From the human T2T-CHM13v2.0 reference genome, Homo sapiens, in NCBI RefSeq assembly GCF_009914755.1, contig NC_060926.1: a stretch of 64,000 bases of DNA. The stretch is one strand, 5' to 3'. Both the position numbers and the translations under genes were made by a program. Shown here piece after piece: positions 1-16,070 of the stretch. The notes under the pieces were generated by a model. It saw only the letters and a program-made list of their open reading frames with translations, searched no databases and was not told where the DNA came from. Every line of letters begins with the position of its first letter. Within the stretch, counting starts at the first letter, position 1.

Positions 1-149
1 TTGCCACAACAGGAGGGAGGTCTGTGCTACTGGCCTCTAGTGGACAGAGGCCAGGGGTGCCGCTAACATCCTACTATGCAGAAGATAGCCCCTCACAATA
101 AGGAATTATCCAGCCCCGGATGTTAGTAGTGCTGAGATTGAGAAACCCT
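1..149 (+). mobile_element. MER20 (hAT-Charlie) 3' portion
   Basis: tgctactggcctctagtggacagaggccagggg...aattatccagccc...ttgagaaaccct resembles the MER20 consensus 3' half. Confidence 0.75.
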
Positions 150-1058
150 TACCTAATTCTAAGCCTCCCACCTCAACATTTCTCCAAAGGAGAAGTAGGG
201 GCAATATGGCAGATATAGCAAGATTAATTAGTCACCATTTCCTGAATGCCCATGAATGTACAATTGCCTGGATTTGGTATTTTGAAGGCTATAAAAAAAG
301 AAGTTTGTATTCCCTGCTCTTCCTAGACCATTTATGAGAACAACTCTGTTGTATATCCAGAGGAAGGCAGTACATGGTAGGCACCAAGTAAGTGCTTTAT
401 GGAGGAAGGAGAAAGGAAGATGGCAACTTATCTGGAGTAGCAAAGGTTTTGGAAGCAGAATAACTCAAAGTATTTGGGAAGAGAGTTGACTAGAAGAGAT
501 GGTTAGATAGGAGAGTGGTAGGAATTCTGGCTTATTGTATACCCACATGCTATACATTAATCATTATTTCATTTATGATGGCCCATCGGGGAGAGGGTGT
601 TAAATCCAGAGTATCTTGCTGCGCTTTGAACCCAAGGAACAAATATGTAACGTTTAAGCTCTGTTGTTTTGGTCCTTTGGTTTCTTCTCTTCTTGATCTG
701 TATTTACCACCTTATGGATAATCCCACATTTGCATCTGTGGTCATGAGTGTGCTCCTTAACTCCAGACCTGAGTCTCTGTGGGTTGCATATGGTCACTGC
801 ACATCCCAGAAGTGTCTCAAGTTCAGTAATTCTGGAAGTCAGCTATTTTTCTTGACTCATCGTTTTCCAATGACAAGCTCGTCCTCCTGTCTTCCTCATC
901 AAAGTTTATTTGTTCGTTTAGTCAGCATTTGCCAAGCACCTGGACACTTAGGAGAAAGATGAATAAGACAGTCCTTCTTGCCAGAGGATTCTGTGTAATG
1001 GGTAAGGTAGATATGTAAATTGGCAGTTAAATATAGCATGAAAATTCGAGTGATCTAG

Positions 1059-1413
1059 CATATTAGTCTGTTTTCACGCAGCTGATAAAGACATACCCGA
1101 GACTGGGCACTTTACAAAAGAAAGAGGTTTAATGGACTCACAGTTCCACATGGCTGGGGAGGCCCCACAATCATGGCAGAAGATGAAAGGCACATCTCAC
1201 AGGGCAGCAGACAAGAGAGACAGCCAAGCAAAAGGGGTTTCCCCTTATAAAACTATCAGATCTCGTGAGACTTATTGACTACCACAAGAAGAGTATGGGG
1301 GAAACCACCCCCATGATTCAGCTATCTACCACTGGGTCCCTCACAACACAAGGGAATTATAGGAGCTACAATTCAAAATGAGATTTGGGTGGGGACACAG
1401 CCAAACCATATCA
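1059..1413 (-). mobile_element. THE1-type MaLR solo LTR
   Basis: Reverse complement begins TGATATGGTTTGGCTGTGTCCCCACCCAAATCTC; 5-bp TSD TCTAG at 1054-1058 and 1414-1418. Confidence 0.9.
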
Positions 1414-2769
1414 TCTAGGATATTTGGAAATAGAGGAAGGATATATCAGGATGCCAGCCTGGTGAAGAGGAGGGTCAGGGGATATCAGGCAGTGTTGCCT
1501 GGAGGGGTTGGTATCTGAGCTGATCTTAAAAGATGGAGAGATGGGGTTTTACCATGGAAAGATAAGCAGGAAAGAACATTCCAAGTGAAAGGCCCTCTAT
1601 ATGCAAGACCTGGAGGAAAGAAACAGCAGAGCACATGCAGGGAACAGCACACAGTTTGGGCTGCTGAAGCATGAGGTACAGGGTGAGGAGTGGGGCAAGA
1701 GAAGACCAGAGGGGGGATCATTACCCAGGCTCCCAACTTCCTTGTCCACACCATCCCCTGCCCCCGCATCCCACTGCATGTTCCAAAAGCAGTCAGTACT
1801 AATTTCAGAAGTGCTGCCTTGCTATTGCGTATATGATCTGTTATATTCCTCCCATTTCATCATAATTCCTATCGTTTTCCTGGCCTTATCACAGCCCTTC
1901 ATCCTCCCCAACACTTCTTCCCCTACCCGTGGACCTCTCAGTTGATTTCAGTCTCATTGTTAACAAGGGCTTGTGTCCAGGCATATTTGCCCCAGCTGTT
2001 AAGAAACACTCCTCTGTACCTTCATCTCACCAGTTATTCACTATCAGGCAAGTAGCATGTGCTTTCAGGGCTGTGCTCAAATCTTCTTCCCTTATTCCAT
2101 CTTTTCCACTTATTCAAATTCTCCTCCCAAAAGCTTCTGTTTATTTTCTTTCCTCTGCGAGATCACAGTACTTTGCATGTATTTCTTTTTTTATATAACT
2201 ATATGTATCATATGCCCTGAGAATCAGATTGACGTGTGTTCAAAGGGTATCTACCATTTATTAGTGGTGTCACTCTGGGCAAGCGACTGCCCCTGATTTT
2301 GATCTTTTCTGTCTTCATTTGTGCTTAACCACGTTATACTGTGTACCATTAGCTGTGGGTGGTAGGATTAGGCTTGCAGTTCTTTTAACCCATAGTATTG
2401 ATAACTAGATAATTTTAGTTGGTTATAAAACTGTAGTGGTGGTCCAGGCGTTATAGAAAATCTAGCATAATTATGAAAAGGTTCTGGAGCCTGACACCTT
2501 ATGTTCTAATACTGCCTTTGCTACTTCCTTGTCTGTGTGTTCTTAGACAAGTTACTCAATCTCTAAGCCTGTTTACCCATTTTTTTAAATGAGGAGAATA
2601 ATAGTAATACCCATGGAGTTTTTTAGTGTGAGTTAAATGAGTTAAAGTCTATAAAATGTTTGTCTCGTGCAAGACATACAGCAATAGCCAACATTTATTG
2701 AATGTATACACTTATTATGAGATAACCAACTGTCCAGAATGATGTGTGGATACTTACTTGCAAGGCTGA

Positions 2770-3084
<315 letters not shown>

Positions 3085-4007
3085 TGACTCTGAATGGGGT
3101 CTTAGTTGGAGCAGTGTTAGTTGAAATTTGCAGAGCAGGTGTTGCTGTGGAAAGGGCTGATAATGGTGAAGTCAAAGGATAGTGCTTCAAAGCAGCAAAC
3201 CTACAGACCCTTCTTTAATGACAAGTCCTACATGTAGAAAAAAATAAGGAATGCATCATTATTCCTTTTATTTATACTCTATCCTTCTATACAAAGGCTA
3301 ACTGTTCAGGCTGTTCTTTATGCTTTGATCAGAGCTGTTTTAATTCCTAATCCTTACTTATCACATTTGAAGCCAACCTAAGTCAATTTTTGCAGCTGTA
3401 AACACTTGGTCACTCCTGGCCTGTGATGAGGGAACACCTGTTAGATCAAGAAACCAAATAGCCACCAAATTAATTAGTTCATTTACTCTTGGAACCAAAT
3501 TAACTGTTGACTTTTAGTCTTTAGTATTAAATAAGGCAAAGCAATATTCAGGTAGATGTACAAAATTTGACGATGTGTCTGAGAATAGAGTAGTTCAGAA
3601 TTAAAACATAAATAAATAAATGTTATAAAATCCCAAAGTTGAGTTGTAGAGAGTCAGTCAATAATACCACGTGCTGGTTTTTCAGGCAGTGTAATAATGG
3701 AGAAACAGCCTTGAACCTTGGAAACCTGGATTCTAGTTCCAACTTTGCCTTAATTACGAGGCTTTTTAACTTTCCTGGGCATTTCCTTATCCATAAATTG
3801 AGGAGTTTAGACTAAATGACCTCTAAAGATATTTGAAGCCTTAAAACATTATCAAGTGCAGGGCTTTGATTTAGACCCTGTGGAAACCAGGGAGACAAAG
3901 AGAGAGTCCTTGTGATAAGAAAGAGATAATTAGAAATACAAGTGCATTTATGTATATATTTATTATTTTATAACTATTACTAAATATATACTAATATAGT
4001 TTTTTAA

Positions 4008-4331
<324 letters not shown>

Positions 4332-4571
4332 TGACCAAAAAAATAGGTATTTGTGGCAGCAGTTTAGTGTAGTGCAGCATTGCCTCTGGAACTGGCCTGA
4401 TTCTTGCCTCATAAAATTCTTGTGACCAATAAATGAAATTCTACACATTTTTATGTGTCTAAAATCCCAAGACTAGTATCTGACACATGGTTAGCTCTCA
4501 ATATATTTTAGCTACTGCTATTATCATTATTGGTAGTACTATTAAACATTTTGAAACAGAAAATCACTTGG

Positions 4572-4890
4572 GGCTGGTCACGGTGGCACACGCCTGTAAT
4601 CCTAGCATGTGGAGAGGCCGAGGCAGGTGGATCACTGGAGCTCAGGAGTTCAAGACCAGCCTGACCAAATGGTAAAATCCTGTCTCTACCAAAAAAATAC
4701 AAAACTTAGATGGGCGTGATGGCATGCCCCTGTAGTCCCAGCTACTCAACAGGGTGGGGTAAAAGGATTGCTTGAACCTGGGAAGTTGCTGCAGTGAGCT
4801 GAGATCACACTACTGCACTCCAGCCTGGATGACAGAGCGAGACCACATCTCAAAAAAAAAAAAAAAAAAGGAAAAGAAAAGAAAAAGAAA
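4572..4890 (+). mobile_element. Alu (old J/S), intronic
   Basis: Dimeric Alu with A-rich tail; TSD aaa(a/g)tcacttgg. Confidence 0.9.
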
Positions 4891-4911
4891 GTCACTTGGA
4901 GGAATGTTTGA

Positions 4912-5070
<159 letters not shown>

Positions 5071-6645
5071 TAATTCTAAAAGACTTCATATTAAATAGCA
5101 GTAGTAAATCTAAGACTTGATGTTTGTATGGAGCCTGCAGCACACCAAGAGACTTGTCATCCATCAATGTACTCCTTAGAAAGTGTAAATGTGGACGTTA
5201 TGGTTGAATACAATGGACTACAGTATTGGTCATTTAATGAGACAGACATTTTTTTAAAATTAGGTTTTGAAGCTATAGTTCAATAAAACAATATTAATAT
5301 AATTGAAACTATCAATGCAGTGTAGACTTTGGACAAGATAATATAATAGTGATCATAAAGAATAAAGACTCGAGGCTTCTACAAAAATCAAATACCCAAT
5401 AAATATTTTGCTCTACCACCAAGACTTTTCCAGAGGTAGAGAAACCGTAGTTTTTTAATTAAACTGTATTTGTATGGGTTAGAGCACATTGAAGCTAATC
5501 CTAAGTTGTTTCTTTGGCTCACACATTACAAATAGAGTGTCTCTGGGGAGAAATATGATGCTATACCATGAGAGAACATCCTGCCTCTTCAGTAGATGCA
5601 TAAGATCATGCCATCATTGCACACACCCGTGGGTCAGTTACCCTTTATGTAAAAGCTCTGCTACATGGATCCTGACCCCAAGGAACTTGTATCTTCTGTT
5701 AACTCCACTGGACACACACACACACATAAATATGATAGAAACATACAAAAAAATCTGTAGGGATCCAAGCTCTTATCTGCCCATCCCTCTTCATTCACAC
5801 ACAGTTCTGTGACTTTCACCTCTTTCTGAATGCATCTAGCTTATTTCTTGGCCATCTTTTCAACCGCTGTCTTTCCTATTAGTGCTACCCATCTCCCCTC
5901 AGAAGAGGCTTTCTCTCTGACCTCATTCCAAGATCAGTTTTCTTTTTCGGGTACTCCGCTATTCTGGCATAATAAAATAACAGTTGTTCTCAGCATAAAG
6001 TCATGAGAAGTGAAGAATGTGAGCATTCCTTTAAAAACATAAAATTTGTCTTATAACAGCCAGAGTATAGGTGAAGGCAGTAAGGATATAAATGTCTTTT
6101 TTTTTTCTTTCTTTCTCCCAGTAAACTTAGTATTTCCAAAGTGCCAGGAACAATGAAAAAACAAATTACACCTTCCACATTTTCGTTATATTTACAGATT
6201 TTATTTTAACAGTCTTGCCTTTCTCTTGGTGTTTTCTTTCTTGTATTTAAACTCCTATTTCTGTTTTTTAAATGCTGCTTTCTCTGGGAGATGATATGTG
6301 TAAGAAGAGCATTTACTATTTGGTATTATTTACACCGTTACTACTACTGGTAGAATAAATAATTATACTCAGATCAGAAATCAGCACTACACAGAAAACC
6401 CTTAAAATTGGTGCTTTCATGTCTGAAAATTTTCCTCTTCAAAAATGTAGCCATCCTTAAAGGGAACTGAGAGGTAACTGTGTATAATGTTGTATATTTT
6501 TGATTTATAAAGTAGCCTTGTATAGTGGAATATCTGCAGAGGCCAAGTAAAAGAAGTGAAGGACTAAGACAGGAATATCAAGGATTGTGGTCGGTGGAGA
6601 GCTCAACTTGGAAATCTCCAGAGAACAAGAATGCAGCAAGACTAA

Positions 6646-6825
<180 letters not shown>

Positions 6826-7779
6826 TGAAATATTCTTTAATTACTGATGTACATTCTAACAGCTGCCAGGAATCTTGTGGTTGAGACTGGTTACTAGGAC
6901 TAGAGGAATTGTCAGCATTATTGGAATGAGTGCTTTAGTTACTGTTTTCTTTGAAAAAGAACATTGCTAGTACACGATTTGGGTTCTGCTCAGCTGATTA
7001 CTGTCATTACTAGAGCTTTTACAAATGTTGTTCTGGTCAGCTTTAATCCTTTTTTGCTAAGAAGAAGAATGCAAATAATATATTTTCATATTTAAGATAC
7101 ACAAAACCATATTTAATTTCCAGGTTATCTTGAACAAGGGAAGGAAAGATGTTAAAGCTTTGTTTTCATGGCCTGTGTGAAGCTGTTACAGGATGTTTGT
7201 TGCCAGAAAAGGCTGGATGGTTTTAAGAAGATGGGTCTTTCTCTTCCCTCTTATGCTTCAATTTTATTTTGTACCCCACAGCTTCTCTTGAACAGCCTCT
7301 TCTGATGTTTCTAGGTAGTAGGAACCTTACAAATACATTTATATATATGTTGCTGTTGGAATCTATCTAAATGCCACTCATTTGGTCCTGCGCATAATGT
7401 AAGATGTAAACATTCCAAGTCTTCTATTATTATACTTTAGTATTGGAAATGGATTACGTGTGGACTATTGAGATTAAGATGACTCCTTTCTCTTAGTGGG
7501 CTACTATTTAAGACTTTGTTTTTTATATTGCTGATTATATATATTCTAAGGAAGATTTTCTCAAGAAAGCAGTTTTTGCACCATTTAGAGGACCTTTAAA
7601 ATTTGTATAATTTTCACAGTTAAAGCTTTCTTAAACCCTAGCATGTAGTCTTATTATGCCTTTAAAATATGAGTAGTTATAAGGTCACATTTGCTTTCAA
7701 AAAGCTATTGTCCTCATGTTACTTTACTATGTTTGGATCTCTAAACTAGCTCTTTTGTTAGTATCGTCTCACAAACTGA

Positions 7780-7923
<144 letters not shown>

Positions 7924-9063
7924 AGTGAAAATCAACCTTTTCATATTAGGAGACATGCATTTGTAAAAATTAATAAAGATGACAAGTCAGTTGTCAATGG
8001 AATTGAGCTATCTGCTAAGACAAAAAATGTTACCTCAGTTCACTATTAAAATTAATTTTAGGAGTGGAAGAAATGTTGTTACTGCCATTTAAAAATATGC
8101 TGAGAAAATTCCAGAAGGGTTATTTTTCCAACCACACCTATTCCCTCTAGTGCCCAGATATTTGATTTGTGAGCTGTACGTTTCACCTTTTCATCTTTGA
8201 TCTACTAAAAACTGGTTTCTTAGTTGTGAGGTGTCACAGGCAGGTTGATGTGGGTAGTAGTCCTTGTCTTTGGAATCTGAATATTTATACTCCTGCTCTA
8301 AGCTGTTCTAAGACTTGGGGTTATGCCTTTAAATCATTTTCAAGCATTGGCCAAATAATAATTGGACAAAGTTCTAAAGTTGTCAAGTGTGTAAGAATTA
8401 GTGAGGTAGCTGTTGAAAATGAGTGAGGATGGTATTTGTATTTGTAATAAGCACTGCAGGTAGAGATATTTCATGGGTTATAATAAGAGAAACACAGATG
8501 AGATGTAGATGGTAAGGAGTCTTACTGTTGTTGGGGTCCTTCCTTTCTCCTTCTTTTTTCCCCCTTACCCCTCCCACAATTTCATGAAGTCTTTTAAATT
8601 AAATATATAGCTGAATTGTGTTGTGAATCAGACCTGAGGACTATTTTTTCGATTATGTGTGTTCATTCTTTGTTCAAATATTTGTCCAAATTCAACTATT
8701 TTGTTCAATATGCCTGTCTACCTAGTATTTGGCTCGCTGGGGATATAGTGATGAATAGGCATGGTCTCTTGTGGAACTTACAGCATGGGTTCCATGCAAG
8801 TTGGTGTTATTCTGCCCCCAAGCACACAGACATGCAATTACTAGACATCTTAGTATGTGCCGGGCACTGCTAAGTATTCATTTGTGTGCTGCCTTTTCAT
8901 GATCTGAACCCTTTGAGGTGTAGCTGCTATTATGATTCTCTCTGTGTCTTCACTTCCTCATCTCTAAAATCAGGATAGGTATTTGCCCAAGGCTACACAG
9001 AGTAGGGGAGGGCTGGAGTTTGAATGTGAGCTAACATAGGCTTATAAGAAAATACAAAAACTG

Positions 9064-9467
<404 letters not shown>

Positions 9468-10519
9468 TTATTTAATTGTTACTTCCCTCATTTTATGGAC
9501 GAGGAAGATAAGGCTCAAAGAATTTTCCTTTCCTGAAGTCTCAGCTATGCCATTGGTTCCACATCATTTCATCCTCACCTGCTCTTCAGCTTGTGTCCCA
9601 GGAGATCAGGCTTCTGGTTCCAGATTGGACAACCTCTAGTTTTGTATACTTGGCCAAGTGATTTAACCTTATAAGCTTCAGAACAAGATGCAGATATTCT
9701 GTTATTAAAGGAACTAAGGTTTTGTCTTTAAATGTTGAGTGTGCATCAGTTTTGAGTGTCTAATTATGACTCCTCTTCAAAGGATTTGACAAATTTGTGA
9801 ATATTTATGACCACCTTTTAGGGTAGTAATTTTCAGTTTGTACTAGTTAACCTGGCAGATAAAAAGGCATCCCTCTTTTACTAGCATTCTAGTGTTAGCA
9901 TTCTTCATTGCTTTGTGTCAATGAAAGAAAAATGGGCAAAGAGCTGATGAACATGAAAAAAGTTCAGTCTACTTGTAAAGACATGCACATTGAAACAGAA
10001 GAGATGGTTTTGCCTTTCAAATTAGCAGTTTTTTTTCTTTTAAGAATTACAGTGCTGATGAAGGTATAATGAGGCAAGCACTTGCATAAGCTGTTGGTAG
10101 ACTGTAAATTAATACCTTTCTGGAATGTACTTTGTGGGGTTTTCTTCTCCCATAATTTAAAAAATAGCTTTATTATAGTATAATTGACATACAGTAAACT
10201 GCATATATTTAAAGTGTACCGTTAGGTCAGTTTTGACGTACATACACACACACACACATCTGTGAAACCACAATCAAGATAATGAATATATCTATCACCT
10301 CTAAAAGGTTCCTGTCTTTGCTTTTTTCTCTGTCCCCTAAACAACCACTGATCTATGGCACACATAGAAAAAAATTAGGAAATATATTAAATGCTCATTT
10401 TGTGTGAGATATCCAAATATTTTTTTCAGAATCCCTAATGAAAAGGTTGATCTTGCTCTAGATACAAGATATAAAATTGTATTCTTGAAATAGCTACATG
10501 CAATTCTTTTTTATTATTT

Positions 10520-10663
10520 TTTAATTTTAATTTTTAGATTTTTAAAGATGGGGCCCTGCTATGTTACCCAGGCTAGCTTCAAACTCCTGGGCTCAAGGGA
10601 TCCTCCTGCCTCAGCTTCTCAAGTAGATAGGACTGATTATAGGTACAGGCTACTGTGCCCAGC
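10520..10663 (-). mobile_element. FLAM/Alu monomer
   Basis: gctatgttacccaggctagcttcaaactcctgggctcaagggatcctcctgcctcagc; TSD caattctt. Confidence 0.8.
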
Positions 10664-11283
10664 TCAATTCTTGATTGAGACATTTACCAGCTCTCCGAAT
10701 TCTCAGTAGTTACCACTGAATAGAAACTTTCTTTACACAAAGCTGATTAAACAGTTTAGAACTTTTAAAAAACATTCAAAAATTGAAAATTTCATATATA
10801 CATAGCCTAACAACTCTTCTTGTCATTGACAAAATGTGATGGTATTTTTTTTGTGATAATACACATGGACCTCAAATGCAATTGAACTATTCATATCAAG
10901 TATTTCCAAATAACAATGACATTCCAATTTATAGAATGTCATGTGTTGTGAGGGTAGTCACCCTGCAACTGGCTTGGACATCTCTAAGCAAATAGAAGTT
11001 TCTGTAAGATAGAGATTTGGGGCATCTACTTGGAACTACCTATGAGGAGCTGGCATTCCTCAAATCCCAACTGACTGCACTTTTCCATGAAATTACCCAG
11101 CAGTTATGATGGTCAGTGGCTCACTCAGCAGCAAGCCACTTAGGTAGCTGGCGAGGTGACGTGGCACAGCCTTGTCTTCACACAGCACATCACAGCCAGG
11201 CAGCAAAGGACAGATCTCTCTCATACTCTTCATTCACAGGGCCTGAGAGGTGGACCATCAGACTCCACCCTGTTTTGCGCTGA

Positions 11284-11654
<371 letters not shown>

Positions 11655-12345
11655 AAGATGGCTATCTCTTAACACACTTGTAACCCATTTGTGCACACAG
11701 GTGTGCCGTGACTCACTGGTGGATCCAAAAAAAGCTGAAGCCTACATTTCCCAGAGCCCCTTTCAGCTTGAATTCCAAATGTGACTTAGCTTCCTCTATG
11801 CAGATGTACCTACTTGAAACTGGGAAGGCCAAATGAGATAGAGGTAATGTTTCTGCCAACAAACAGCCACAGAGCATTTTATTTTTCTAGAAGAGCAATA
11901 ACAGAGACCCCAGGGTGTGGTGTGGCAGGACGAGGAGCATCCATTTTGCTGGTGGGGATTGTGGCTAAAATAATGTGGCTCTGGAGCCAGCAATGGGCAG
12001 CATCTTCATGACTTTCCAGCTTCCAGGCTGTAAGCAGAGATAGCATCTCTTCTGGACAGCCAGTTATGTGATAGTGTTCTGAGAGTCATTCCTGGAAGTC
12101 AGACTAAAGGCTGCTCCTTCAGCCTTTCCATTCATCTTGTAAGCAGGAGGCTTCTGTGCATGGCCAGAAACTAACAAAAGCACATTGTGTCTAAACTAGG
12201 TTGCAGTGGTTTCTGTTATCAGCAAGTAAATCCTGATTGATAAAGATACTACAATATATGCACATATATATGTTATAGAATCAATAAAAATTGGATACTT
12301 TGCTTTAAAAGTTTGTGAATTTTGCTTTTAAAGAATTTCCCTCAG

Positions 12346-12645
12346 GGCCGGGCACAGTGGCTCACACCTGTAATCCCAGCACTTTGGGAAGCCAAGGCAG
12401 AAGGATCGTTTGAGCCCAGGAGTTTGAGACCAGCCTGGCAACATGGCAAAACCCCACCTGTACAAAAAATAGAAAAATTAACTGGGTGTGGTGGCATGCA
12501 CCTGTGGTCCCAACTACTCAGAAAGCTGGGGTGGGAGGATCGCCTGAGCCTAGGAGGTCGAAGCTGCAGTGGGCCAAGATTGTGCCACCGCACTCCAACC
12601 TGGATATCAGAGTGAAACCATGTCTCAAAAAAAAGAATTTAAAAA
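12346..12645 (+). mobile_element. Alu (J/S)
   Basis: Full dimer; TSD aaagaatttc(c/a)ctcaggg. Confidence 0.9.
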
Positions 12646-13032
12646 GAATTTCACTCAGGGTTACAGACACTTAATGTTATTAAGACCCACTAGGAACACC
12701 TGTGTATACTGCTGGCTGGTTTTACATGTCACCCCACCCTGAGCAGGTTTCTCTAGGCAGCAATAAAGCTTCTGAGGCAGAGGAAGGGAGAAACCAACAC
12801 ACCTGCCTTTATTTTCCATTTGTTCTCCTTGCATCCAGTTTTCACCACACTTCCCCATGCTTTCACTACAGTTCTGCCAGGCTCCTCTCAGGCAATCTCT
12901 TTACACCAGGGGCCACATAATCCTAAAGAGGGAAGGGAAGATAGCATCAAACTTTCACCCAATTATTTCAGGCAATCCATCTCCTTCCCTCCTCCTTGCT
13001 TGCTTGCTTCCTTGCTTAAAAAATGCAGAATA

Positions 13033-13375
<343 letters not shown>

Positions 13376-14117
13376 TCATAACTTTTAAGTTAAATTAGAC
13401 AAAGAGCCAATGCTATTCTATTCGAGAACCTTTGAAGTGCTCAGATGCTGCTTACACTCATCAGAAAAATACTCCATCTTATTAAATGTGAGGCCTGAAG
13501 AAAACCTAGTGTTAAAGAAAATCAATTAAAGATAAATAAAACAGAGGGGCAAAGCCCCGTTCACCAGCTTGGGTTCAGATGAAGCTCCCCCGACAGCCAC
13601 TGCTCCTGTGCTGTTGCAGGCTATTGTAACGGGGGTTCCACGTCATCCAGGCCACAGGCCAAGCCTTGGATGCACCTGCTCTTTGCCCAGCTGCCCCAGG
13701 GCAGAGCTCTGCACAGATCACAGTGCCTTAAGACAGGATGATAACACCCCTCAGTGTTTTCCTTAGAGTGCTCCATGCACCACAGCCATTTTTCAAAGCA
13801 TCCCCCAGGCCAGGGTTAAGGCAGAACAGGTTTTCCAGTCATAGCCTCCCACTTAGCTGAGTAACATTTCTTGAGTGATCTTGTAAATGAATAGTTTGAA
13901 AGAAAAACAGGCAACTAAGGCAGTGCGGTCACATTGTTTGAGAATACAGATGCAAAATTACTTGTGAATTTACTTGCTCATTTTTCCAAAGGATGTAATC
14001 TGTACACTTAGAAGTATTTCACTCACATGGGGCTCTTTGTAGCAACACAAACCGAACAAGCTATTTCTGAAACTCATATTTAACTGTGATTTGATATCAT
14101 CTTGATTTTCTTAATTT

Positions 14118-14770
14118 TTTTTAAAATTGTGATAAAATACACAACATAATATTTACCATCTTAACCATTTTTAAATGTACAGTTCAGTGGCAGTGAGTAC
14201 ATTCACATTGTTATATAACAATCACTACCCTCCAGCTCCAGAATCTTTTCAACTTGCAAAACGGAAATACTGACACATTAAACAGTAACTCCCATTTCCC
14301 CTTTCCCCCAGTGCCTGGCAACCACCATTTACTTTCTGTCTCTATGAATTTTACTACTCTAGACACCTTATAGAGTGGAATTGCTCAGTATTATTCTTTA
14401 CTGACTGGCTTCTTTCACTTAGCGTAGTGTTTTCTGGCTCATCCGTGTCATGGCATGTGGCAGTATTTCTTTCGCCCGGGCACTTTGGGAGGCTAAGATG
14501 GAGAGGCCGAGAGTTGAAGACCAGCCTGGGTAACATTGCAAGACCCCCATCTCTACAAGAAAATTAAAAAGGCTTGAGCCCAGGAGATTGAGCCTGCAGT
14601 GAGCCATGATCATGCCCCTGCACTCCAGCCTGGGGAAAGAATGATACCCTGTCTCAAAGAAAAAAAAAAGAATTTCCTTCCTTTTAAAAAGATGGAATTA
14701 TATTCTATTGTATGTATATACCACATTTTGTTTATCTGCAGATGGGCCCTTGGATTGTTTCTACCTTTTG
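14118..14770 (-). mobile_element. Old L1 (L1M) 3' end interrupted by a partial + strand Alu (~14473-14668)
   Basis: aaaattgtgataaaatacacaacataatatttaccatcttaacc... L1M-type 3' UTR; Alu fragment embedded. Confidence 0.75.
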
Positions 14771-14773
14771 TAT

Positions 14774-14776
<3 letters not shown>

Positions 14777-14815
<39 letters not shown>
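14777..14815. repeat. (TG)n microsatellite
   Basis: Uninterrupted TG run. Confidence 0.97.
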
Positions 14816-14817
<2 letters not shown>

Positions 14818-15427
14818 TTCTAGAAACTTGTTATTCTCCTGAGTGTTAAACTGTTTTAAATGTTTGGTTTTTCATTTCTAGAACATTTTCCTATCCTAAA
14901 ATTTACCTATCTGGCTATCTATCATCTATCACTTTTCCTAAGGATCTTTAGTTGTTTACTTTTTAATGAAGTATAATATACGTTATGATAGTGTATTTTA
15001 TGTATCCTCATATCCTTTCACTGTGGATTTAATTTTTAGAAATAACAAAAAGTCACATAGGGCAAATTCATTAAGCTGAGTGGGTGATTAAGTTAACAAT
15101 AGTAATGACCATGTATTAAGTGCCTACTATGTGCCAGGCACTGTGCTAGCATTTCACACCCATTATATCATTCAGTCTTCACACCCCTGTTTGGTGGTTA
15201 TTAATGATTACTAATATTCATTTTATAGATGAATAAACTGATACTCAAGGCCTTAATTGCCTTTCCTAGGGGTGCACAACTAGAAAAAAGGCAGAGCCAG
15301 ATCTGCACCCAAGTCCTTCTGACCCCAGAGCTCATGCTTGTATCATCGCACCAGTGTTACTCAAGCTTTCCTGGTGATTACAGTCACATGTACTTGACAA
15401 AACCACAAACTGTTGGGCCTGTCCCAG

Positions 15428-16070
15428 TGATACTGAATCGAAATTTACTGAGGAGGGACCTGGGAGATTACACTGCTTGAACAGCATGGTACCGGGGAAC
15501 CAGAGATCAACTTCAACCCTTCTGTTAGCTCTTAGTGGGCTGGTCAGCTGGATGTAGAAGCTAAATTGACAGCAGGCAGATTAACAAGAGAAAAATGTAT
15601 AAATTTTACTAGTTTTACATGTACTTGGGGATCTTCACAAGAAAGTGAAGTCTGAACAAGAGGCCAAAGTAAGATATTCTTATACTTTTTAGACAAAGAA
15701 TGATAAATTTGAGAAGAAACAACAGGAGAAAGAAAATCTGGCTAGGACAGTAAAATTTTCTAGGGGAGTCACAGGAGATATATGAGGGGGTGTAAAGCAA
15801 GTGGAAGATAAAGGTTATTTTGTTCGTAAGTTTGTTTATTCGGGTTCCTTGCAGCCTCCAAGTCTCTGGTGATAAGGGCTATTTTCTCATCCTGGTATGG
15901 ATAAATCTCAGGGCCTTCGAAGAGTATCCGTCCCAGAGGATTCTTTATCCCTTGCTCCATACAGGAAGAGATAGATCAGCTCTTCCTTTCTGAAACTAGA
16001 ATTTCTCCATTGTTTTCCATTAGAAATAATCAACATACAAATTTTGGGATGGCACATCCTTCAGTCCTCC
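15428..16070. mobile_element. Probable ERV1-class solo LTR (family not resolved)
   Basis: ~640-bp segment with LTR-like motifs (ggcagattaacaagagaaaa, gtttgtttat); recognised by eye only. Confidence 0.45.

Noticed and set aside
11702-11715. tgtgccgtgactca, matching part of the HERV-H PBS
   Set aside because: Only ~13 nt, no adjacent LTR7; compatible with chance
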